From assembly GCA_020057555.1 (NCBI GenBank), contig JAGVFR010000028.1, positions 12,444-76,443 of the forward strand: 64,000 nt of DNA, given 5' to 3'. Source of the stretch: a bacterium. Its GTDB lineage: Bacteria > Patescibacteriota > Patescibacteriia > UBA9934 > GWF2-40-263. The notes under the pieces are model-generated. The model saw nothing but the letters and a program-made list of their open reading frames with translations, was not told the DNA's origin and did not search any database. A program made the position numbers and the translations under genes. This document shows positions 48,110 to 57,807 of this stretch, one piece after another (the stretch's first letter is position 1; each line of letters begins with the position of its first letter).

Positions 48110-49135
48110 ATGGCCAAACAAATTTCAAAAGACGTTGAAACAGACGCTAAATCACGCGCGGCATTTGATGCAATCTCGCAAATCAAACAAAGATTTGGAG
48201 AAGGATCAATCATGCGCCTAGGTGAGGCAAAAACCATGCAAGTTGATGCTATAACAACAGGATGTTTATCGCTTGACCTTGCGCTTGGTGTTATGGGAGT
48301 TCCACGCGGACGAATTATCGAAATTTACGGACCTGAATCATCTGGAAAAACAACGCTAGCTCAACACATTGTCGCTGAAGTTCAAAAAACTGGCGGGCTT
48401 GCGGCGTATGTTGATGCAGAACATGCGCTTGACCCAGAGTACGCACAAAAAATTGGCGTGAACATTGACGAACTTTTTATATCCCAACCAGATAATGGAG
48501 AACAAGCTCTTGAGATTGTTGAAACACTTGTTCGTTCAAACGCAGTTGATGTGGTTGTAATTGACTCTGTCGCGGCGCTTACACCAAAAGCAGAAATCGA
48601 AGGTGAAATGGGCGACTCGCACATGGGACTTCAAGCACGCTTGATGAGCCAAGCGCTTCGTAAGCTTGCCGCAATTGTTAGTAAATCAAAAACAACTGTT
48701 ATTTTCATTAACCAAATCAGAATGAAGATTGGAGTCGTGTTTGGAAATCCAGAAACAACCCCCGGTGGAAACGCACTCAAATTTTATTCTTCTATACGAA
48801 TAGAGATTCGACGTAGCGCGCAAATAAAACAAGCGGAGGCAATTATCGGAAATAGAACAAAAGTTAAAATTGTAAAAAACAAGGTCGCTCCGCCTTTCCG
48901 CACATGCGAATTCGACATTATGTACAACGAAGGTATTTCAATTTCCGGCGACCTTATAGATGTTGGAACCCAAATGGAAGTTATCAAAAAAAGTGGAAAC
49001 AACTACTATTTCAATGAAGAAAAACTTGGTCTTGGCAGAGAAAACGCGAAACTTACTCTTCGACAAAGTCCTGAACTGATGAAAAATATCCGCGAAGAAA
49101 TTTTGAAAGTTCTTGCATTAGTACCGGAAGTGTGA
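48110..49135 (+). CDS. recA: Recombinase RecA
   Basis: [18 protein letters not shown] and the full conserved core. Confidence 0.95.
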   Translation: MAKQISKDVETDAKSRAAFDAISQIKQRFGEGSIMRLGEAKTMQVDAITTGCLSLDLALGVMGVPRGRIIEIYGPESSGKTTLAQHIVAEVQKTGGLAAYVDAEHALDPEYAQKIGVNIDELFISQPDNGEQALEIVETLVRSNAVDVVVIDSVAALTPKAEIEGEMGDSHMGLQARLMSQALRKLAAIVSKSKTTVIFINQIRMKIGVVFGNPETTPGGNALKFYSSIRIEIRRSAQIKQAEAIIGNRTKVKIVKNKVAPPFRTCEFDIMYNEGISISGDLIDVGTQMEVIKKSGNNYYFNEEKLGLGRENAKLTLRQSPELMKNIREEILKVLALVPEV

Positions 49136-49157
49136 AAAAGCCGTTAGCCTCTAGCCT

Positions 49158-49182
49158 TTAGCATTAAAAATGCTTTTTTCCT
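49158..49182 (+). terminator. recA intrinsic terminator
   Basis: agcattaaaaatgcttttttcc. Confidence 0.65.
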
Positions 49183-49201
49183 AACGGCTAACAGCTAATG
49201 G

Positions 49202-49765
49202 CTAGTTAACTCGTTCTGTATATTCTCCAGTATCTGTGTTTATCAATACATGATCGCCTTGTGTGATAAACGATGGAACTCTCACTTTCAAACCATTATC
49301 AAGTTCTGCTTCTTTCAGCACGTTTCCTGATGCTGTATCACCTTTTACAGCAGGTTCAGTATATACCACAAAATATTCAACTTTTTGTGGAAGAGTGACG
49401 CTAAGCGCTTGTCCTTCGTGCATAACTACATTGGCTTCTAAACCTTCTTTCAAATAAGGAATACTATCTTCCATATCTGCTTTTGCTATCGAAACTTGCT
49501 CGTACGTCGTGTTGTCCATGAATGTATATAAATTTCCATCATTATAGAGATACTGCATTTTTTTGTATTGAACATCCTCAAATGTAAGAGACTCGGCAGA
49601 TTTAAAGTTTGTCTCCTGAACCTTTCCGGTTTTAATGTTCTTCATTTTTGTTCTAACAAAAGAACTCCCCTTTCCTGGGCTCACTCTTTGAAAATATGTG
49701 ACCAACCATAGTTCACCATTTATATTAACAACTGTGCCTTTTTTGATATCGTTTGGGGAGGACAT
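49202..49765 (-). CDS. efp: Elongation factor P
   Basis: The VSPGKGSSFVRTKMKN loop carries the modifiable Lys. Confidence 0.9.
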   Translation of the reverse strand: MSSPNDIKKGTVVNINGELWLVTYFQRVSPGKGSSFVRTKMKNIKTGKVQETNFKSAESLTFEDVQYKKMQYLYNDGNLYTFMDNTTYEQVSIAKADMEDSIPYLKEGLEANVVMHEGQALSVTLPQKVEYFVVYTEPAVKGDTASGNVLKEAELDNGLKVRVPSFITQGDHVLINTDTGEYTERVN

Positions 49766-49795
49766 AAGTGAAAGTAGAAAAGTAGTAGAGGAAAT

Positions 49796-50770
49796 TTAGA
49801 ATAATGACGATGCAGGAAACAAGATAACGTCTTCTATTTTCGTTTGGCCGGTTAAAATCATGTGTAAACGATCAATGCCAAGCGCGTTTCCAAACGTCGG
49901 AGTTCGCACGGATGGTAGCAGAGACAATAATTCTTCGTCAATGGGATGAATTGTTTTGCCAGCTTGCTTCCTTTCTTGTGCTTCTTCTTCGAAACGTTTG
50001 CGTTGTTCATTTTCGTCTGTTAATTCTGTAAATCCGTTACACAATTCAAGACCATTCATATACAACTCAAAACGCTCGCCATATTTTCCGTCTGAAGTTA
50101 ACCGAGAAAGAGAGGCTTGATATTTTGGATAGTCGTATACGAAAACATTTCCAGAAAGATTCGGCTCAATTTTTGTCAAAAACAAACGATAGAATAAATC
50201 GCTTTCTGTATCATTTGATGTTGTGTGAATTCCGTGACTAGCACAAGCGTCAAAAAGCATTTTGCAATCAGCGTTGTCTAAATCAATTTTAATGTATTGT
50301 AAAAATAAATCTCTCATTCGTTTTTTTTCAAATTTTGTATTTCGGATTTCTTCGTATTTCGGATTTCTAATTTCGAATTTAACTAGCTCAATCAACTCTT
50401 CCGTCTCCTCCATACAAACCTGATAATCAGCTCCTTGTTGATACCATTCGAGCATACTAAATTCTGGATTGTGATTTCCACCAAACGTTTCATCATTTCG
50501 AAAAACTTTTGTAATAGTAAAAATTTTCTCCAAACCATGTCCTAAAAGTTTTTTCATTGAATACTCTGGGCTGGTGATAAGTGCTGCGCGATGTTCAATT
50601 CCATTTGATTCTCGAACGATTGTTTCAAATGGCGAAAGATTGGGTTCCATTCCAGGTGACTGTACAAGAATCGGTGTTTCAACTTCCAAATATCCTCGCG
50701 AATTAAAAAACGACCGAATGGAGTCATTCATCATTTGTCGTTCATGAATGATGTTTCCAATCGGCCGCAT
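49796..50770 (-). CDS. epmA: EF-P beta-lysine ligase EpmA (truncated class II LysRS paralogue)
   Basis: 324 aa. Class II aaRS core. Sits beside efp. Confidence 0.75.
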   Translation of the reverse strand: MRPIGNIIHERQMMNDSIRSFFNSRGYLEVETPILVQSPGMEPNLSPFETIVRESNGIEHRAALITSPEYSMKKLLGHGLEKIFTITKVFRNDETFGGNHNPEFSMLEWYQQGADYQVCMEETEELIELVKFEIRNPKYEEIRNTKFEKKRMRDLFLQYIKIDLDNADCKMLFDACASHGIHTTSNDTESDLFYRLFLTKIEPNLSGNVFVYDYPKYQASLSRLTSDGKYGERFELYMNGLELCNGFTELTDENEQRKRFEEEAQERKQAGKTIHPIDEELLSLLPSVRTPTFGNALGIDRLHMILTGQTKIEDVILFPASSLF

Positions 50771-50773
50771 TTT

Positions 50774-51013
50774 TTATCTTTGAGTGAATGGGATAAGCGC
50801 CATTACACGAGCGCGCTTGATCGCGTTTGAAAGCTCGCGTTGATGTTTCATGCACACGCCAGAACGCTTTCGCGCGACAATCTTTGCAAATGAAGAAAGA
50901 TATCTACGCAAATTTTTTACATCTTTGTAATCAATATGAACATTGTTATTTGCGCAAAAATAACACTGTTTTTTCTTTTTTTGTTGTTGTTGTGGTTTGT
51001 TGTTGTTCATCAT
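50774..51013 (-). CDS. rpsR: 30S ribosomal protein S18
   Basis: CYFCANNNVHIDYKDVKNLRRYLSSFAKIVARKRSGVCMKHQRELSNAIKRARVMALIPF. Confidence 0.9.
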   Translation of the reverse strand: MMNNNKPQQQQKKKKQCYFCANNNVHIDYKDVKNLRRYLSSFAKIVARKRSGVCMKHQRELSNAIKRARVMALIPFTQR

Positions 51014-51021
51014 AAAAATTT

Positions 51022-51489
51022 CTAAAAAGGAATATCTTCAACGCGAATCTCATCATCTCTATTTACTGGAGCATCATCTTGCACAGTTTTTGGTTCTGGT
51101 GGAACAAAAGCACTGCCTGATTTGCTCTGGAAAACAGGCGCGCCAGAAGCAGGAGCTCCTGCGCGATCAAGCATGATTATATTTTCTGCGACAATTTCCG
51201 TACGATATCGTTTAATACCATCCTGTCCTTCCCAATCTCTTGTTTGAAGTCTGCCTTCAACATAGACTTTTCTACCTTTTGCCAAATACTGTCCACAAAT
51301 TTCTGCTAAACGTGCCCAAGCAACAACGTTGTGAAATTCTGTTGCTTCTTGTTTATTTCCTGCGGCATCATTCCACTGGCGATTTGTTGCAACACCAAGT
51401 GTGCAAACTTTCTGACCTGATGGAGTTTGTTTAACTTCAGGATCACGAGTCAGATTACCAAGAAGAGTCGCGCGGTTAAGTGAAAACAT
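51022..51489 (-). CDS. ssb: Single-stranded DNA-binding protein
   Basis: NRATLLGNLTRDPE...GRLQTRDWEGQDG...DIPF. Confidence 0.9.
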   Translation of the reverse strand: MFSLNRATLLGNLTRDPEVKQTPSGQKVCTLGVATNRQWNDAAGNKQEATEFHNVVAWARLAEICGQYLAKGRKVYVEGRLQTRDWEGQDGIKRYRTEIVAENIIMLDRAGAPASGAPVFQSKSGSAFVPPEPKTVQDDAPVNRDDEIRVEDIPF

Positions 51490-51490
51490 A

Positions 51491-52027
51491 TTAAATATTT
51501 TCAGTTACGTCAGCTTTTAAAATTTCGTCCAACTTTTTGTCGAGTTCTTCCATACTCATTTTGGATTCAACCGAAGGAGCTTGAGATAAAACTGGTTGAG
51601 CGATCTCCGCGGCTTTTTCAATTCTTCGACGAACAGGACGTGCTCCAGTTGCCGCACCTTGTGGTGTGAAATGTTCTTTACGCGCCTCTTCTGAAAGAGG
51701 AGCAACGTAAGAGGACAACTCAAACTTGCTCGTCTCTGCATACGATGGTCGCATTGTTATTGAATGGCGCAAAATTTCATCCGTGAGAGTGAGCTTACGA
51801 ATGAGTTGCTCGATTGCTGAACTTTCAGCGTCGAAATAAACAAGGATGTACGTTCCGTGATTCTGTTTTTTGATCGTATACGCAAGATGTATCTTTCCGA
51901 GATTTTCGGTTTTCACGATCGTACCGCCAACAGTCTCAACTTCCGCAACAATCTGTGCCTGAATCTTTTCGATTTCAGCTTCAGTGTATTGGCTTGAGAC
52001 TATAAACAAAAGTTCGTATTTGTTCAT
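51491..52027 (-). CDS. rpsF: 30S ribosomal protein S6 with a C-terminal extension
   Basis: MNKYELLFIVSSQYTEAEIEKIQAQIVAEVETVGGTI... Confidence 0.85.
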   Translation of the reverse strand: MNKYELLFIVSSQYTEAEIEKIQAQIVAEVETVGGTIVKTENLGKIHLAYTIKKQNHGTYILVYFDAESSAIEQLIRKLTLTDEILRHSITMRPSYAETSKFELSSYVAPLSEEARKEHFTPQGAATGARPVRRRIEKAAEIAQPVLSQAPSVESKMSMEELDKKLDEILKADVTENI

Positions 52028-52137
52028 ATGATCTGGTTTGGGTTTTTTCCAAACAGTCCGAATTGGACTATGGGCAGAAAAGAATTAAGTGTCGTTATCC
52101 TAGAGAATTCTGGTAAAAAGGTCAAGGGCGGGGCATA

Positions 52138-53283
52138 ATGTGTGATATGACTTTTTTCATTCTCGGTTCACATCCAGATATATCTATCGCGGAAATCAAA
52201 GCAATCGTTGGAGAACGACCTGTGTTTGGTACATCCAAAAACGTTTTACTACTTGAGGATGTAGATGAAAACTTGGGTGAACTGCAAGAACGACTAGCTG
52301 GAACAATCAAAATCGGACGAATCATTGGCGAGATGGATATTTGGAACACAACCGAAGTGTCCGCACTCATCGCAAGTGTTGTTTCAGAAGCCGCTGGAAA
52401 AAACAAAATCGAATTTGGTTTGAGTGATTATGGAATTAAGCAAGATCTCTCGACAATCGGAAAAGAAATAAAGAAACAAGTGAAACAAACCGGCCGGCCT
52501 GTTCGATATGTTTCAAGTCGTGAACCACAGCTCTCTTCAGTAATCGTAAAAGAAAATCATTTGCTGGAATCTGGAGGTGAATTTGTGTTTTTGGTAAGCG
52601 CTGAAAAAATTCTCATCGGACAAACAGAAACTGTACAAGATTACAAAGCATGGTCAAAACGAGATTATGGTCGTCCAGAACGAGATGCAAAATCAGGAAT
52701 GCTCCCACCAAAACTAGCGCGCATGATGATAAATCTTTCCGGAATTGATCCAAAAAAAGTGACTTTGCTTGATCCGTTTGTTGGATCAGGGACGATTCTA
52801 ATGGAAGCGGCTCTACTTGGATGTAAAAAATTGATTGGCTCGGACATTTCAGAAAAAGCAATTCATGATTCAAAAAGAAACTGGAATTGGCTTGTTCAAA
52901 ATTTCGAACTGCCTGATACTTCAATTTCCTTACACATAAGTCCAGCGCAAAAAATAGATGAACTCGTAAAAGAAGAAGTAAATGTTGTAGTGACAGAAAC
53001 GTTTCTCGGCAAACCAAAAACAAAACCACTTTCAGAAACAGGATTCAATCAAACAAAAAAAGAACTAATGGAAATTTACGAACCATCTTTTTTAACGATC
53101 AAAAAACTTCTCAAAAAAGGTGGTGTGATGGTCATTGCAGTTCCAGCATTCAAAGTTGGAAACGAATATAAGCGACTCAATCTGGAATCTTTTTTCAAAA
53201 AAATCGGCTTCACTGTTTCTCAAACATTTCTCTATCACCGCGAAAACCAAATCGTAGCGCGAGAAATTTTTGTGCTCACTTAA
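52138..53283 (+). CDS. Putative THUMP-like RNA methyltransferase of the DPF-GSGT class. N2-guanine (Trm11/RlmL-like) is the likeliest specificity.
   Basis: Motif I LLDPFVGSGTILMEAALLG. An N-terminal THUMP-like region. Confidence 0.55.
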   Translation: MCDMTFFILGSHPDISIAEIKAIVGERPVFGTSKNVLLLEDVDENLGELQERLAGTIKIGRIIGEMDIWNTTEVSALIASVVSEAAGKNKIEFGLSDYGIKQDLSTIGKEIKKQVKQTGRPVRYVSSREPQLSSVIVKENHLLESGGEFVFLVSAEKILIGQTETVQDYKAWSKRDYGRPERDAKSGMLPPKLARMMINLSGIDPKKVTLLDPFVGSGTILMEAALLGCKKLIGSDISEKAIHDSKRNWNWLVQNFELPDTSISLHISPAQKIDELVKEEVNVVVTETFLGKPKTKPLSETGFNQTKKELMEIYEPSFLTIKKLLKKGGVMVIAVPAFKVGNEYKRLNLESFFKKIGFTVSQTFLYHRENQIVAREIFVLT

Positions 53284-54652
53284 AATCTTCGACTCTCCTG
53301 ATAAGTTCGTAAGCTTCGTTAATGTCTTGCATTTTTCTCTCCGATTCTGGTTTTTTATTTCTATCTGGATGATATTTTGCAACTAACTGACGATGTGCCT
53401 CTTTTATTTTTTCCTTTGACGCGCCTCTTTCAACTCCGATCAAATTCCATGCCCAATCAACTCTAGTTCTATCAACTTCAAAACGGTCGTCATCTTCTTC
53501 AACTGTTTCACCAGAGATAACTCGGTATATTTTTTTCAAAAGTTTTTCTAATTTTCCGATCATTTGACTGTAATCGATTCCAAGTTTTCTTTCTTTCATG
53601 TCTGACAATTGTCGACTAACTCGCTCAATTATTTCTACATCAATCTTTTCTCCATCTTTAACTCTTTGAAACAAATCTCTCAATTCCGCTTCAAACGCAA
53701 ACAACTCACGCGGTGCTTCGCTTTTTTCTTTTAGATATTCAACATATTCAAAAAGTGATTTTGCTCTTTCTTCACAGGATTTTCTAATTGATTCATTTAA
53801 CATCCTGCTGGCGATTTCTTTAAACGAATGTGCTTTTGCCAACATTAAATCAAACTTCAGGCGATTTCGTTTTTCTGAATTTTCATTTCCAAAAGTTCGT
53901 ACAGTTTCATTTGGTCTAGCAAAGCTATCATAATCTTCTCTGCTAAACATCTCTTTTTGTAACTCTTCCTCGATTCTTTCAAAAGTGAAAAGTGTTAGTT
54001 CACTCCGATAGCGTTCAAGTTTTTCATGAAGTCGGTCAAGTTCACTCAAAAAATCAATTTGCTCTTTTTCAGAAATCTTGAAATGCCCTAAAACCGAACG
54101 AGCTTGTACAAAATAAGAAATTACTTCGTCAGAATCCAGTTTTCGCCCATATGATTTTTCAAGCGGTGAATTTAAAAAACCAAAAAGATTTATTCTTGAT
54201 TCTATGAATGGAACGTATTGCTTGTAAACCTTTTGTTCGACTCTCAAAATTCTTGCGTCTAATTTTTTTCTTAACTCTGAATCTTTCACTGTCCTACGGA
54301 AATCTACTTGCAAATACGCAAGACGATTCCAAATATTTTCTGGATCAATTGCGTTAAATTTTCTTTCATCGCCGTCAAAATCAAAGATGCTTGGACCTGC
54401 AAGTTCAAGTTCAATTTCAGTAAGTTCATCAATCGCATGAGATTCCATGCTTTGCTCTTCCGCAAGATCTTTCTTTGTTGGAGAAAAATCCTCTGAATCA
54501 GGATCAAGATGTCTTTCTAATTCATACCTTGGGACTTTTGGCATATTGATTTGAAAATTTTCGATAATAACCATCGTTTTGTGCCGTAGAGACAGACGGG
54601 CCGACTTTTTCTTGGCCTTATACATAGAATAGAGGCAGAAAAAGCGTCCCAT
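53276..54652 (-). CDS. Protein with a C-terminal J domain preceded by a large helical region
   Basis: A C-terminal HPD J domain IKEAHRQLVAKYHPDRNKKPESERKMQDINEAYELI. The true start may be internal. Confidence 0.6.
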   Translation of the reverse strand: MGRFFCLYSMYKAKKKSARLSLRHKTMVIIENFQINMPKVPRYELERHLDPDSEDFSPTKKDLAEEQSMESHAIDELTEIELELAGPSIFDFDGDERKFNAIDPENIWNRLAYLQVDFRRTVKDSELRKKLDARILRVEQKVYKQYVPFIESRINLFGFLNSPLEKSYGRKLDSDEVISYFVQARSVLGHFKISEKEQIDFLSELDRLHEKLERYRSELTLFTFERIEEELQKEMFSREDYDSFARPNETVRTFGNENSEKRNRLKFDLMLAKAHSFKEIASRMLNESIRKSCEERAKSLFEYVEYLKEKSEAPRELFAFEAELRDLFQRVKDGEKIDVEIIERVSRQLSDMKERKLGIDYSQMIGKLEKLLKKIYRVISGETVEEDDDRFEVDRTRVDWAWNLIGVERGASKEKIKEAHRQLVAKYHPDRNKKPESERKMQDINEAYELIRRVEDFK

Positions 54653-54725
54653 AACTGTCTCTTGTGTATCTTATGTAGTTAACTGATTAGCTTGAGGCTG
54701 AAGAGGAAGGTTTTTAAGATTGTAA

Positions 54726-54800
54726 GGAGCAGTTTGCATCATGTCGCAGGGAACAACGGCGAGGAGTCCGTTGGCCCGGAGACATGGTGCAAACTGCTCC
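54726..54800 (+). ncRNA. Family-2 structured RNA motif, copy B
   Basis: ggagcagtttgcatcatGTCGCAGGGAACAACGGCGAGGAGTCCGTTGGCCCGGAGACATggtgcaaactgctcc. Confidence 0.5.
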
Positions 54801-54871
54801 GACACTTGTCTTCCTAAACGACTTCGGCGGCGGTCAAGAACAGAGGAACCGAACGATCTGTCAATTCATGT

Positions 54872-55927
54872 TCAAACTCCAACTCTGAAATGACATGTAT
54901 CTCCATCTTGCATCACATAATCTTTTCCTTCAACTCGTAACTTCCCTGCTTCACGCGCTCCAGCTTCGCCTAAATCAACAAAATCTTTCCAAAAAATTAC
55001 TTCAGCACGGATAAATGCTTTTTCAAAATCAGTGTGAATTGTTCCAGCGGCTTGCGGCGCTTTTGTACCGCGCGTAATTGTCCATGCTCGCGATTCTTTT
55101 TCGCCTGATGTAAAAAAAGTGATCAGATTCAAAAGCTCGTAACATTTTGTGATAAGACGATCAAGACCGGATTGCTCAAGTCCAAGTTCTTTTAAAAAAA
55201 CGGCTTGCTCATTTTCTGGCATTTCAACAATTTCGGATTCGAGTTTTATTGAGAGAGAAATGGAAGAAAGGGAGGCAATGGAAGAAAGGGTTGAATTTTC
55301 TGAAACATTCATCACGTACAAAATCGGTTTGAGAGTGAGCAAATTCAAAGACTTGGCAATTTTCAATTCATCCTCGTTTAAAACGACTGTGTTTGCCATT
55401 TTGCCTTGAGAAAGAACTTCAAAAATACGAGCGATAACGGATTCCTCCAGTTCAAGCTCTTTTGTTTTGCCAGATTTCATTTTTCCACGAACAGTATCTA
55501 GACGTTTTTCTGTTGCAGTCAAATCCGCCATTGCAAGTTCTGTTTCGATTGTCTCGATATCACGCTTAGGATCAACAGAACCTTCCACATGATGAACGTT
55601 AGAGTCTTCAAAAGCTCGAACAACGTGCACGATCATGTCCACTTCGCGGATGTTTGTTAAAAATTTATTGCCTAGTCCTTCTCCTTTATGAGCACCCTTT
55701 ACCAAACCTGCGATGTCAACAAATTCAATCGCGGTTGGAATTGTTTTTTGTGATATACTCACTCCTGTAAGTTCGTGAAGCCGAAAGTCAGGAACTTCAA
55801 CAACACCGATATTTGGTTCAATTGTGCAAAACGGAAAATTTGAACAATCGACTTGCTTTTTTGTGAGCGTCTTAAACAAAGTTGATTTCCCGACGTTTGG
55901 AAGTCCAACAATTCCTACTTGTAGCAT
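54872..55927 (-). CDS. ychF: Ribosome-binding ATPase YchF (Obg family)
   Basis: [14 protein letters not shown], a C-terminal TGS domain. Confidence 0.85.
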   Translation of the reverse strand: MLQVGIVGLPNVGKSTLFKTLTKKQVDCSNFPFCTIEPNIGVVEVPDFRLHELTGVSISQKTIPTAIEFVDIAGLVKGAHKGEGLGNKFLTNIREVDMIVHVVRAFEDSNVHHVEGSVDPKRDIETIETELAMADLTATEKRLDTVRGKMKSGKTKELELEESVIARIFEVLSQGKMANTVVLNEDELKIAKSLNLLTLKPILYVMNVSENSTLSSIASLSSISLSIKLESEIVEMPENEQAVFLKELGLEQSGLDRLITKCYELLNLITFFTSGEKESRAWTITRGTKAPQAAGTIHTDFEKAFIRAEVIFWKDFVDLGEAGAREAGKLRVEGKDYVMQDGDTCHFRVGV

Positions 55928-56119
55928 ACGAGCCGAGTATACCTAGTGAGTAGAATCTTGTGAAGAGAAAAACAATATGTTATCCTCGTGCCAGCATGTC
56001 GCTGACACGACACTCGACAAACCTCAAAAAGCATCCTGTAGGATAAATCTATCAGTTAAAAACTGGGACAAATCCCGCACAACAACGGCATATCGCCGTC
56101 AGGTGCGAAGGAGGTTTCA

Positions 56120-56266
56120 ATGTTCGAGCATGTCGTGTCCCACGAAGCTGGCCCTGGTGGAGCTCGCGCACCTGAATGGCCTGATCCGATCTTTCTCCCA
56201 GGGGTCTTCAATGTTTCCCGCAAACCCATTGGGCGCCGAAGGCGTAAGGTTCGGCTCTGGCACTAG
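56120..56266 (+). CDS. Small ORF (48 aa, Arg-rich C-terminus) with a strong ribosome-binding site and its own terminator. Hypothetical.
   Basis: AAGGAGG, 6 nt, then ATG. It encodes MFEHVVSHEAGPGGARAPEWPDPIFLPGVFNVSRKPIGRRRRKVRLWH. The terminator GACTCGAGAtcttCTCGAGTC plus T7 lies at 56307-56336. Confidence 0.35.
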   Translation: MFEHVVSHEAGPGGARAPEWPDPIFLPGVFNVSRKPIGRRRRKVRLWH

Positions 56267-56344
56267 ATGTCACTCCACAACTCAACACGATAAGCGTCAT
56301 GCCACTGACTCGAGATCTTCTCGAGTCACTTTTTTTACGATTGA

Positions 56345-56372
56345 AAACAAAAAAACACGGGGTGAACCGTGT
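56345..56372 (-). terminator. Intrinsic terminator for the minus-strand lipoprotein gene
   Basis: aaaaaaacacggggtgaaccgtgt on the plus strand; the U-run is on the minus strand. Confidence 0.55.
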
Positions 56373-56389
56373 CAGTTACTATGTGTGAC

Positions 56390-57394
56390 TTAGGATATTA
56401 CGCCTAGTGCTCCTCCTGTAAAGAGCGGAGTATCTTCATTCGAAGTTTTTTCCGTGGAATCCTTCGCCGGAACCGCCTTTGCAGGGGGTGAATGAACAGG
56501 AATCGGTATGATCGCCGGCGATGCTTCACCTCCACCTCCAGCTCCGCCAAAGTTGGAGATGATGATCGTGTTGTGGCCGTTTGTGTTGGCCGTTGACACG
56601 ATCTCTTGAAGAGCTTGCATGTTATAAACACGCCAGCGAGATCCGGACTGATCTTCATTCAAGAAATCCGTTAGAGTCCTGATCGCATCAACACGCTTGT
56701 CAGCGGCTTGCTTTGCTGAAAGCGCGTTAACGACAGTCTCATCTGGCTTCATGTTTGATACGACGGCGTTCACAAGCCGCAGTGGAACATTCTTCTGCGT
56801 AAGAATCTGCGACACGGCTCTCTCAACCTTTCGGATGAAACCGTCTTCGCTGGCATCGGCAAACGCTTTGAACGCTGAATCGAAATCTGTGTACTGTGTA
56901 CAAAGCTGTCGGATTAGTCCACGAACCTGCAATCGCGCTTGTTCGTCGTAGACTGAAGTCAAACTCACTCGAAGCACGCGTGGTTCGCCTTGCACCAGCT
57001 CTGGATTCCCGAGAAGAAACACTCGTTCTAGTTCAGCTTTGCCTGCTGGCTTTTCGTAGTCAGGAAGCGCGAGAAGCAGTCGCACGTCAAGCGTCATTGG
57101 CGCACCATTGGAAGTAAGACAGCGATGATCTTCCTTGTCTTCCATCCCAGTAGCGCCCAAAAACTGTTCCTTGACTTCGATACCGCTACGTTGGATGAGA
57201 ACGAGCCGACTGCCAAAACCAGTCATATTCTCGTCACCTATATCTACCATGCCCGGCGTGTAGATTTTCTTCTCGTATCCCGTTGGCGTGAGTATCATGC
57301 CAATGTCATTTGGAGGAACGTTCACGTACTTACGACACGAAGTCACGGAAAGAACAAAGATGAAAAGAACGAACACGAAGATGAACTTACGCAT
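56390..57394 (-). CDS. Lipoprotein, possibly SPFH/band-7-like. GC-rich gene with a Gly-rich C-terminal region.
   Basis: Signal plus Cys (FVLSVTSC). About 52% GC. The family assignment is tentative. Confidence 0.45.
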   Translation of the reverse strand: MRKFIFVFVLFIFVLSVTSCRKYVNVPPNDIGMILTPTGYEKKIYTPGMVDIGDENMTGFGSRLVLIQRSGIEVKEQFLGATGMEDKEDHRCLTSNGAPMTLDVRLLLALPDYEKPAGKAELERVFLLGNPELVQGEPRVLRVSLTSVYDEQARLQVRGLIRQLCTQYTDFDSAFKAFADASEDGFIRKVERAVSQILTQKNVPLRLVNAVVSNMKPDETVVNALSAKQAADKRVDAIRTLTDFLNEDQSGSRWRVYNMQALQEIVSTANTNGHNTIIISNFGGAGGGGEASPAIIPIPVHSPPAKAVPAKDSTEKTSNEDTPLFTGGALGVIS

Positions 57395-57397
57395 TGA

Positions 57398-57715
57398 TTA
57401 CTCCTTTATCGTTTCCATCTGTTCGTACACCCCTGACTTGTCAACGTCCGACCGTGGCATGCGATTAGACGATGCAAACATCGACATTTCGCAAACAAGA
57501 CCGACCAGAGAAAGAACAACGATGATGATCATGGTGATAGCAGACCACTTTCGCGCGGTCTCTTTCTCGGAATCGTTCAGAATATGTGTGACCTTGAGAA
57601 ATAGACGGAAGACGATCAAGACGAAGATAGAGATGATTATCAGGAATACGACTCCGGTAATCTCTCCTTGAAAGGCTCGAAAGAACCCTTCCCAATGGAA
57701 CCCCTGTTCTGACAT
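57398..57715 (-). CDS. Small membrane protein (2 TM), NfeD-like partner candidate. The start is likely the internal MSEQGFHWEG.
   Basis: The hydrophobic segments VVFLIIISIFVLIVF and ITMIIIVVLSLVGLV sit immediately upstream of the lipoprotein gene. Confidence 0.4.
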   Translation of the reverse strand: MSEQGFHWEGFFRAFQGEITGVVFLIIISIFVLIVFRLFLKVTHILNDSEKETARKWSAITMIIIVVLSLVGLVCEMSMFASSNRMPRSDVDKSGVYEQMETIKE

Positions 57716-57807
57716 GAAACTTTTCCTCCCATTTCCACATCGGCCGTCTATCAGCCGAGAAAGGATAATAAAACAAAAGACACTTCTTGTCAATATTAAA
57801 GTGTTTA

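Noticed and set aside
56141-56149. tmRNA 3' end (GCUCCACCA on the minus strand)
   Set aside because: The upstream sequence lacks a T-arm and acceptor pairing. The region is better explained by a small plus-strand ORF with a ribosome-binding site and terminator.
55977-56393. 138-aa +strand ORF
   Set aside because: It spans two terminators and a better-supported 48-codon ORF in another frame. Its translation is Cys/Ser/Arg-rich with no ribosome-binding site.
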